The notes under the pieces are model-generated. The model saw only the letters and a program-made list of their open reading frames with translations, ran no database searches and was not told where the DNA came from. A stretch of DNA of 64,000 bases from Bacteroidota bacterium (GTDB taxonomy: Bacteria; Bacteroidota; Bacteroidia; NS11-12g; UBA9320). The number at the start of each line of letters is the position of its first letter. The stretch's first letter is position 1. Positions 56,712-64,000 of this stretch are shown one piece after another. The translations under genes and the position numbers were made by a program. The DNA lies in assembly GCA_947468275.1 (NCBI GenBank), contig CANIKO010000003.1:157193-221192 (forward strand), given 5' to 3'.

Positions 56712-58907
56712 ATGGCTTGGAATTCTAAAAAAAGATTAGTTCATCATGAACATACCTCAAATCCGCAGGATGTCATTGAAGTAGAACGTGAACACCTAAA
56801 ATTAAATGAACAAAAAACAGTATCGGGCCTTGCTATTTCAGGAGGTGGGATTCGTTCTGCTTCATTTGGCATGGGTGTCATGCAGTCTTTGGTGGCCAAT
56901 AATCAGCTTAGTAAAATGGATTATATGTCTACAGTTTCAGGAGGTGGTTACCTAGGAGCGGCCTTGACATGGGCCCTTAAACAAGGAGGAAAAGAGGTAG
57001 GTACCTCACCTGAAAATTTCCCATTAGGAAAACGAGGAAAGTGTCGTGTTAAAGATTCTAATTTAAGGGGGAATAATGAAGATAATAATAAGTTACTTGA
57101 TTTTATAAGACAACACGGTTCCTATCTTGCCCCAACTTCAAGTTTGGATATGGTTTCATTTATTGGTGTTGTTATCAGAAGTATGATTATGTCATTGTTT
57201 GTTTATATAAGTTTTATTACACTCGCTTTAACAGGTGGAATATGGTTAATGTACTATATTTTAATCGACTTGTTGCAAGTAGTGAAGGATAAAAATATAA
57301 ATCTAGAGGGTGCCATAAATAAAGACACTAAAACTGGCGGAGTCATGCTTGGAATTGGCATTTTTATACTATTAATTATTGTTATAAAAGGTTTTTTTTA
57401 TTCATTAGGTACCTCATTCAGCGGGGATACGGTAACAAGGTTTAGGTATAAAAATTTTATTACAGGACAAAAGTGGATAGGTAGAATGCTTAAGCTAAGT
57501 TTAACATGTTTAGTTCTGGGTTCGTTACCTAACCTCACTAATTGGATAGATGAAATTTCCTATTATGTGGCCGGAGGTTCCACCTTTTTTGGAACTGTGG
57601 TAGGTTTATGGCAATATAAAAAAGCGCATAATAAAGAGAAAAGTATTGGAGTTTCATCCGATTTATTAATCTATGGCGGAGCTTTTGCTTTATTTTATGG
57701 GGTATTGTTTTTTGCTTATTTGGCTGCGTACAATATTTTTTTAGATAGCAATCATAATATGGATTCACCCTTTTTGTTTTTATTTTTGGCTATTTTGACA
57801 CTTATTTTTGGGGTGTTTGTGAATTTAAATTTTATTGGACCTCACCACATTTGGCGTAACCGATTAATGGAAGCATTTATGCCAAACAAAGCTGCTGTAG
57901 AAACCAATGCCTGGCAACCTGCCACTGAAGCAGATGGTGCCTTAATGGAAAATATGTGCGATAAGCACAATCCTAAACCATATCATATTGTAAATACTAA
58001 TGTTATTTTAGCTAACTCACCAAAGGTAGACTTCAGTGGACGTGGGGGGGATAATTTCATCATTTCACCGCTTTATTGCGGAAGCGATGCCACAGGATGG
58101 AAACAAACTAAACTATTTCAAAAAAATAAAACTAGAGGTATAACCTTAGCGACAGCTATGGCCACATCAGCAGCTGCTTTAAATCCTAGCGCTGGCGTTT
58201 CAGGGGAAGGTGTTACTAGAAATGTAGTGGTTTCCATGTTACTATCCATGCTAAACTTACGATTAGGGTATTGGACAAGCAATCCAAGTAAAAAAAACAA
58301 TTTAGGTTCTCCAAATTTCTTTGTTCCAGGCCTTCTTAGTGAAATTTTGAGATTTGGTTTATCCGAAGAAAGCCGAAATATTCAGCTTTCTGATGGTGGA
58401 CATTATGAAAACTTAGCATTTTATGAATTAATTCGCCGCAAGCTAGATCTAATTATAGTTTCTGATGGAGGTGCGGATCCTAATTTTAATTTTGATGATT
58501 TAGCGAATGGTATCGAAAAATCTCGAGTGGATTTTGGTGTTAAAATATCTTTTATGGAAGAATATAAGGTGGATCAAATTTTGCCTGGTACAGCAGGGGA
58601 GAGTAGTTACCAACAGAAATATGATATTGCAAAACGAGGTTTTGCAATTGCTGATATTAATTATCCCGATGGAACAAAAGGAATATTGGTGTATTTAAAA
58701 CTAGCCATCATAGAGGACTTACCTACAGATGTTTTTAGTTATAAAGGGATGAATCCTTCGTTTCCACATCAATCTACTTCAGATCAATTTTTTGATGAGA
58801 AACAATTTGAAGCTTATCGGGAATTAGGTTACTATGTAGGTTGGCAAATGATGGAATCACAAAAAGGTCAGGAGATTTTTGGGAAACTAGATTTGAAATT
58901 GTCCTAA
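56712..58907 (+). CDS. Patatin-like phospholipase whose catalytic fold is interrupted by a ~250-aa insertion of 6-7 transmembrane helices.
   Basis: Oxyanion 'ISGGGIRSASFGMGV'. Nucleophile 'VSGGG' (GxSxG). Hydrophobic helices at about aa 150-390. Catalytic Asp motif 'SDGGHYENLAFYEL' about 480 aa after the Ser. Confidence 0.75.
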   Translation: MAWNSKKRLVHHEHTSNPQDVIEVEREHLKLNEQKTVSGLAISGGGIRSASFGMGVMQSLVANNQLSKMDYMSTVSGGGYLGAALTWALKQGGKEVGTSPENFPLGKRGKCRVKDSNLRGNNEDNNKLLDFIRQHGSYLAPTSSLDMVSFIGVVIRSMIMSLFVYISFITLALTGGIWLMYYILIDLLQVVKDKNINLEGAINKDTKTGGVMLGIGIFILLIIVIKGFFYSLGTSFSGDTVTRFRYKNFITGQKWIGRMLKLSLTCLVLGSLPNLTNWIDEISYYVAGGSTFFGTVVGLWQYKKAHNKEKSIGVSSDLLIYGGAFALFYGVLFFAYLAAYNIFLDSNHNMDSPFLFLFLAILTLIFGVFVNLNFIGPHHIWRNRLMEAFMPNKAAVETNAWQPATEADGALMENMCDKHNPKPYHIVNTNVILANSPKVDFSGRGGDNFIISPLYCGSDATGWKQTKLFQKNKTRGITLATAMATSAAALNPSAGVSGEGVTRNVVVSMLLSMLNLRLGYWTSNPSKKNNLGSPNFFVPGLLSEILRFGLSEESRNIQLSDGGHYENLAFYELIRRKLDLIIVSDGGADPNFNFDDLANGIEKSRVDFGVKISFMEEYKVDQILPGTAGESSYQQKYDIAKRGFAIADINYPDGTKGILVYLKLAIIEDLPTDVFSYKGMNPSFPHQSTSDQFFDEKQFEAYRELGYYVGWQMMESQKGQEIFGKLDLKLS

Positions 58908-58911
58908 ATTT

Positions 58912-59796
58912 TTATAAGAATTTCTTTTCTGAAATAATGCCTTCATTAGTTGAAATCACAATATAGTAAATTCCATGATTAAGATTGGATAAATTGGTGT
59001 CTTCAGCCTTAGATTGTGATGATACCAGTTGCCCATTGGTATTGTATATACTTATATGATTTACAACCACTGAAGATGGTAGCGATATTTTATTATTAAT
59101 CACTATTATTTTTGCAAATGGTTCATTTATTCCTGTATTTGTTGAGGGGGTAAATTTATACACAGTCCCATTTATTGGCATCCCTGTAACCGATTTTACA
59201 TTACTTGCTTGAGTCGTGTTTAATGTCGGATTTAATGGGTCACCTTCCACTGATATAAATTTTGTTAAATCAGAATTATAAATGGATATATAGGCGCCAT
59301 TATCTAGCCATGTAGTTGTTTGCACTCGGTTCGGGCCATATCTGTATTCTAAAATATTTGAGGTTTCGTACAACCAACACTGAACGCTTGCTGAATCATT
59401 TAGATTTGGAATATTTCCATCAAAACCAATATTTTTATATTCGAATTTTAAAATACGGTTGGGTGATGAACCAGATACTATATAATTAATAGATGATTTA
59501 CCAATTCCACGGCTCTCCATGTCCTCCCCCAAAAAGGTTATTTCTTCTCCAAAAGTTTTATCAAGGCTAAGGCTTCCCCAATCATCCAAAAATATCGAAT
59601 CGCCAAGATTAACTCCCCAGTATTTAAAAGTGAAAGGAGTTTTAATCCTTTTTTCAAATGTGGCCCAATTACCGCTAACTAAATTAGTGGCTCCTGAAAG
59701 GCTGAAATAAGCTTCATTACTTTTTGAAAACGAGTAGGTCTGAGCATTTACACCTAGAGCAAAACCGGCGGCTATTAAGAATATTAGTTTTTTCAT
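58912..59796 (-). CDS. Small T9SS cargo protein, function unknown.
   Basis: Signal 'LIAAGFALGVNAQ'. CTD 'ISIYNTNGQLVSS...GIYYIVISTNEG'. Confidence 0.6.
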   Translation of the reverse strand: MKKLIFLIAAGFALGVNAQTYSFSKSNEAYFSLSGATNLVSGNWATFEKRIKTPFTFKYWGVNLGDSIFLDDWGSLSLDKTFGEEITFLGEDMESRGIGKSSINYIVSGSSPNRILKFEYKNIGFDGNIPNLNDSASVQCWLYETSNILEYRYGPNRVQTTTWLDNGAYISIYNSDLTKFISVEGDPLNPTLNTTQASNVKSVTGMPINGTVYKFTPSTNTGINEPFAKIIVINNKISLPSSVVVNHISIYNTNGQLVSSQSKAEDTNLSNLNHGIYYIVISTNEGIISEKKFL

Positions 59797-60078
59797 GATT
59801 GTTTATGGACATCGAAAGTAAGTAAAATTAAAAGACTGGCAAAACTCTGCTTATCAAAATGATTATACCCTTGAATCTACAGAGTATCGCAAATAGCGTT
59901 TTAATATATCTTGAGCGAGTTCTATCTGTCTATTCGTTTCTTGAGATCGATGACCTTTATGTATCAAGATTTTATTTATAATTTCTAATTCAATGAATTT
60001 GCTAAACTCATTAAAAATAAGTTGATAGGAAGACGAAATATAAAGGTTAAATAAAAAATGGACACAATTTACTGTTCC

Positions 60079-61593
60079 CTATGGCATCAATCGCCCATAC
60101 ATCCTAGGAAATGGAATGCTTTCCCTTACATGTTTCAGTTTGCACACCCAAGTAACCAAACGTTCAAGCCCAAGGCCAAAACCGGCATGTGGCACAGAGC
60201 CATAGCGGCGTAAGTCTAGGTACCATTCAAATTCCTTCATCGGCAAGTCGTGTTCTTTTATTTTTTCGGTTAATAATGCTTCGTCGGTTTCACGCTCGCC
60301 GCCACCTACTATTTCGCCGTAGCCTTCAGGGGCCAATACATCCACACCACGGGCAAAGCGGCTGTCGTTTGGGTTTCGTTTCAGGTAAAACGCCTTAACT
60401 GCATGTGGCCAGTCGTAAACCATAATCGGGGTTTTAAACAAGCGGGTAATTACTGTTTCATCACTACCGCCAAAGTCGTTACCATATTCAAAGTTTTTGG
60501 CTGAGCTTATCCATTGAGGTATGTTGCGCAAGTCTTCTTCCACATCTTTGGCTTCATTTTTTAGTTGTCCAATTTTATTTTGGTTAAAGTTGATTTCCCC
60601 TTTTTTCATGCCGGGGGTTTTTAGTTTTTGATCGCGGTCGGCTATTTCGGCATTTATTTCTATAAGTCGGTTTTCTGTAGTCGATAATAAATCTTCTAAG
60701 GATTTAATGCTGTTTTGTCCATCTACATCCTCTTCGCCTTTAATAATCCTAACAGCTTCATCGTATGTTAATCTTGGGAAGGTACCCAAGCTGCTTTCTA
60801 ATAAAGCGGTATCGCGGTCAATGAGTTTTAGTTCATTTTGGCAATTGGCCAAAACATCTTTTAACACATGTTGTAGGAATTTTTCGATCAAATCCATGTT
60901 ATCAAAAATATCATGGAAAGCCATTTCAGGCTCTATCATCCAAAACTCTGATAAATGGCGTCGGGTTTTTGATTTTTCTGCCCTAAAGGTTGGTCCAAAG
61001 GTGTAAATTTTCCCCATCGCCATGGCCATCGCTTCGCCATATAATTGCCCCGATTGTGAAAGGTAAGCTGGCTCGCCGTAATAATCGGTTTCAAAAAGAT
61101 TGCTGGTTCCTTCACACGCATTTCCTGTGAAAATAGGAGCATCCATTTGCACAAAATCTTCGTTTTGAAAAAAGGTATGAATCGAAAAAATAATTTGGTT
61201 TCTAATTTTCATTATAGCCCATTGGCGACTACTCCTTAACCATAGGTGCCTTTGATCCATCAAAAATTCAATACCGTGTTCTTTTTTTGCAATAGGGTAA
61301 TCTTTTACATTTTGCAAAACTTCAATATCTGAAATATGAAGTTCATAGCCACCAATTTGGCGTTCATCAGCTACCACTTTTCCAGTCACAATAAGCGAAC
61401 TTTCCAATCCTAAACTAACTGCTTCATTAAATTTTTCTTCTCCTATGAGGTTAAAATCTCCAATGCACTGGCATTGACCGGTTCCATCCCTTAAAATAAT
61501 AAAAACCAAGCCTTTTCCATCTCTGCGGTTGGCTACCCAGCCTTTAAGTGTTACATTTTTGTCAACAAAGTTTGATAAATCTTTAATCAGCAT
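60079..61593 (-). CDS. asnS: Asparagine--tRNA ligase (class IIb) with a ~40-60-aa insertion between motifs 2 and 3.
   Basis: N-terminal OB fold. 'FRAEKSKTRRHLSEFWMIEPEMAF' closely matches the AsnS motif-2 region. Motif 3 'GFGLGLERLV'. Confidence 0.85.
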   Translation of the reverse strand: MLIKDLSNFVDKNVTLKGWVANRRDGKGLVFIILRDGTGQCQCIGDFNLIGEEKFNEAVSLGLESSLIVTGKVVADERQIGGYELHISDIEVLQNVKDYPIAKKEHGIEFLMDQRHLWLRSSRQWAIMKIRNQIIFSIHTFFQNEDFVQMDAPIFTGNACEGTSNLFETDYYGEPAYLSQSGQLYGEAMAMAMGKIYTFGPTFRAEKSKTRRHLSEFWMIEPEMAFHDIFDNMDLIEKFLQHVLKDVLANCQNELKLIDRDTALLESSLGTFPRLTYDEAVRIIKGEEDVDGQNSIKSLEDLLSTTENRLIEINAEIADRDQKLKTPGMKKGEINFNQNKIGQLKNEAKDVEEDLRNIPQWISSAKNFEYGNDFGGSDETVITRLFKTPIMVYDWPHAVKAFYLKRNPNDSRFARGVDVLAPEGYGEIVGGGERETDEALLTEKIKEHDLPMKEFEWYLDLRRYGSVPHAGFGLGLERLVTWVCKLKHVRESIPFPRMYGRLMP

Positions 61594-61665
61594 TTTTAGT
61601 TATGTTGTAATAGTATAATTTTGGGCAAAATTAATTCAATTTTCCTTGATTGACGTAGCCACAAG

Positions 61666-63174
61666 ATGTTAAAGCAAAACCTAAGTCAAAAATTATTACA
61701 AAAACTATCTCCGCAGCAACTTATGTATGTAAAGTTGTTGGAACTGAACACCCTTAATTTTGAGCAGCGGCTAGAAGAAGAGTTGATAGAAAACCCTGCC
61801 TTGGAGTCGGGCAAGGATGATGATGATTTTGTATCTGAATTTACAGAGGATAGCTATACTGATATAGATGCTGATTTGGGAGTCGACAATACTCCTGAAT
61901 TTGAAGACAGTGAAATAGAGGCCGTAGACAAAGCCATTGAGCATGCCGAAATAAGCGATGATTATTTAGAAGAAGATGGTGGTGATTTCAGGTTGAATGA
62001 AGATTACAATCCTGAGGTTGAAGAAAAAAGTTTTCCAATAGTTACTGTTAATACAAGTTTTAGAGATAGCCTGATGGAGCAAGTTTATGCAGTCTTAAAC
62101 AGTGAAACTGATGGAAAAATAGCTGAGCAAATAATAGGTTCTTTGGATGACGACGGTTATTTGCGCAGGGAGTTGCGTTCCATCTCCAACGATTTTTTGT
62201 TTCAATACAACCTTAAAACCACTGAGGAAGATTTAGAACGGATTTTAAAAATAATTCAGCGATTTGACCCCCCGGGAGTTGGTGCCAGAACCTTGCAGGA
62301 GTGCTTATTGATTCAAATAAAACGTAAAGAAGAGAAAGGCCGGAATCCTATTATGGAATTGGCAAAAATGGTAATTACTGAATGCATGGATGATTTTTCG
62401 AAACGCCATTTTGAAAAAATTGCCAATAAACTAGATGTTGAAGTTGAATATTTAAAAGAAGCCGTTCATTTTATTACGCGGCTTAATCCAAAGCCAGCAT
62501 CATCTGATGAGGAAACCAAAAATGAAACTATTCTGCCTGACTTTATGGTTATAGAAAGTTATGGCGAATTGGATGTTTCTCTAAATCAAGGAAATCAGCC
62601 TGACCTAAGGGTGAGTCGCGGGTTTATTGAAACACTTCAACAATACGACAAACAAAATTCGAAAAATGGGCATGTTAAGGAAGCTGTGCAATTTGTTAAA
62701 CAAAAAATTGATGGAGCCAAGTGGTTTATAGATGCCGTTAAGCAACGCCAAAATACCTTACTTAACACTATGAGTGTGATTGTTGAAATTCAAAAGGAAT
62801 TTTTCAAAACAGGGGATAGTTCCAAAATTCGACCAATGAAATTAAAGGATGTGGCGGAGCGCATGCAAATGGATATTTCTACCGTGTCGCGAGTTGCCGC
62901 GAGTAAATATGTGCAAACCGATTATGGAATATTTCTATTAAAGTATTTCTTTTCGGAAGGTATAACTAACGAGGAAGGCGAGGAAGTTACCACCAAAGAA
63001 GTGAAGCGAATTATGGGAGCAGCCATAAACGAAGAGGATAAAAATAATCCTATGAACGATGACGAATTAACCGAGTTGCTGAAAACAAAAGGATATACAA
63101 TGGCTCGACGAACTGTAGCAAAATATCGTGAACAATTAAATATACCTGTAGCAAGGTTAAGAAAAGCCTTTTAG
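61666..63174 (+). CDS. rpoN: RNA polymerase sigma-54 factor.
   Basis: Acidic region II. C-terminal RpoN box 'ARRTVAKYRE'. HTH 'STVSRV'. Confidence 0.9.
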   Translation: MLKQNLSQKLLQKLSPQQLMYVKLLELNTLNFEQRLEEELIENPALESGKDDDDFVSEFTEDSYTDIDADLGVDNTPEFEDSEIEAVDKAIEHAEISDDYLEEDGGDFRLNEDYNPEVEEKSFPIVTVNTSFRDSLMEQVYAVLNSETDGKIAEQIIGSLDDDGYLRRELRSISNDFLFQYNLKTTEEDLERILKIIQRFDPPGVGARTLQECLLIQIKRKEEKGRNPIMELAKMVITECMDDFSKRHFEKIANKLDVEVEYLKEAVHFITRLNPKPASSDEETKNETILPDFMVIESYGELDVSLNQGNQPDLRVSRGFIETLQQYDKQNSKNGHVKEAVQFVKQKIDGAKWFIDAVKQRQNTLLNTMSVIVEIQKEFFKTGDSSKIRPMKLKDVAERMQMDISTVSRVAASKYVQTDYGIFLLKYFFSEGITNEEGEEVTTKEVKRIMGAAINEEDKNNPMNDDELTELLKTKGYTMARRTVAKYREQLNIPVARLRKAF

Positions 63175-63184
63175 CTTTGCAACA

Positions 63185-63850
63185 ATGATAAAAGTAGCAA
63201 AATTCTTTTCAGTTTTCTTTCACCCCCTGTTTCTTACATTCTATAATTTCCTTTATTTTATATTTCTGAGCGATGCCAAAGGGGCAGGTTTAGGTTTTAT
63301 AATTACACTGTTTTTTTTAGCTTGTGTGATGATTCCGATTTTTTACACTGTGCTGGTTATTTATAAAGAAAATAGAGATGTTGAATGGGAACAGTTTTCT
63401 GATATGTCGATGCTTTCAAGAAAGAAACTACTGGCCTACACCATTATTTATAACGTAATTTTCTTGCTGTTTGTAATTAGTTTAAGCCCTGCTTTTCTTG
63501 GCGATTTTAAACCCATGTTTGCATCTGTTCTAATGGGATTTGTTTTTGCAATGATGCTTTCGTTTGCATTGCATTTGCTTAATATTAAAAATAGTTTACA
63601 TGCACTTAATGCTTCCTTTTTTCTCGTTTATTGCCTTGTTTTTTCGTGGAAAATACCTGGCATTGAAAGTTTGGAAAATACTAGAACAAGTTTATTCTTA
63701 ATTTTTGGAGGTGTTAATTTTATAGCACTTATAGGGGTTATTTGGGCGAGGCTTTATTCTAAGGCTCATACCATTAAGGAAATAGCCTACGGATTATTCG
63801 TTGGGATTATAAGTCCTGTTATACTTACTTTGCTCACTTATGGAATTTAA
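63185..63850 (+). CDS. Hypothetical integral membrane protein (5-6 TM).
   Basis: Hydrophobic helices throughout. No motifs recognised. Confidence 0.45.
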   Translation: MIKVAKFFSVFFHPLFLTFYNFLYFIFLSDAKGAGLGFIITLFFLACVMIPIFYTVLVIYKENRDVEWEQFSDMSMLSRKKLLAYTIIYNVIFLLFVISLSPAFLGDFKPMFASVLMGFVFAMMLSFALHLLNIKNSLHALNASFFLVYCLVFSWKIPGIESLENTRTSLFLIFGGVNFIALIGVIWARLYSKAHTIKEIAYGLFVGIISPVILTLLTYGI

Positions 63851-64000
63851 AACAGTTCTTTATCAAAAAGAAGGAACAATACTTCGAATTACCTTAAATC
63901 GTCCTGAGGTTTACAATGCTTTTGACGACACATTAAGCTATGAATTGCAAGATGCATTGAAGGAAGCTGCCAAAGACCCTGACGTACGTGTTATTATTTT
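63840..64000 (+). CDS. Enoyl-CoA hydratase/isomerase family protein, 3' partial (runs off the window end).
   Basis: 'MEFKTVLYQKEGTILRITLNRPEVYNAFD' is a crotonase N-terminus. The start overlaps the upstream stop. Confidence 0.7.
   Translation, partial: MEFKTVLYQKEGTILRITLNRPEVYNAFDDTLSYELQDALKEAAKDPDVRVII

Noticed and set aside
59797-60078. 282-bp AT-rich spacer between the T9SS cargo gene and asnS, checked for a tRNA or small gene.
   Set aside because: There is no cloverleaf-compatible sequence and no ORF with a credible start. It is probably a 3' UTR/terminator region for both minus-strand genes, and I could not define a clean hairpin.

Overview
This is a Bacteroidota-type chromosomal segment, low-GC and gene-dense with short intergenic spacers. 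The taxon is inferred from three things: FtsK-LolA synteny, SprB-type repeats, and several Type IX secretion (T9SS) C-terminal sorting domains. Housekeeping genes (alaS, asnS, rpoN, ftsK, lolA, lgt, mtaB, folA, pdxJ, rnz, cysK, rluD, pnuC, a speA-like decarboxylase, fadB-like, usp, SDR) are interspersed with an unusually high density of large secreted cell-surface proteins. The window opens inside a giant CARDB-repeat/beta-helix surface protein (5' partial, ends 5063). Seven bp downstream sits a 2125-aa T9SS cargo protein that fuses an M4 (thermolysin-like) metalloprotease to about 11 SprB-type repeats (5070..11447). Other T9SS cargo genes are a 1620-aa metallophosphoesterase carrying an internally duplicated ~475-aa beta-propeller-like module (15266..20128, minus), a PNGase F homologue (43855..45783) and two small orphan cargo proteins. 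I found no rRNA, tRNA, CRISPR array, IS element or integrase. I also found no canonical defence-island signature (no CD-NTase, Cas, RM, toxin-antitoxin or phage genes), so I cannot point to a confirmed undescribed system. The candidates most worth a second look are listed here.
- A membrane-split patatin-like phospholipase (56712..58907).
- A phosphate-scavenging-like locus: a tandem-duplicated T9SS phosphoesterase with a neighbouring porin and an orphan OmpR-family regulator.
- A giant adhesin/protease gene pair with a perfect intragenic 142-bp duplication.
- A three-gene translationally coupled cassette of LpxH-like phosphoesterase, MJ1255-like glycosyltransferase and GH1 glycosidase.
- An outer-membrane beta-barrel with an N-terminal ComEA-like HhH domain.
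All functional calls rest on motifs I read in the translations. Nothing here has been searched against a database.
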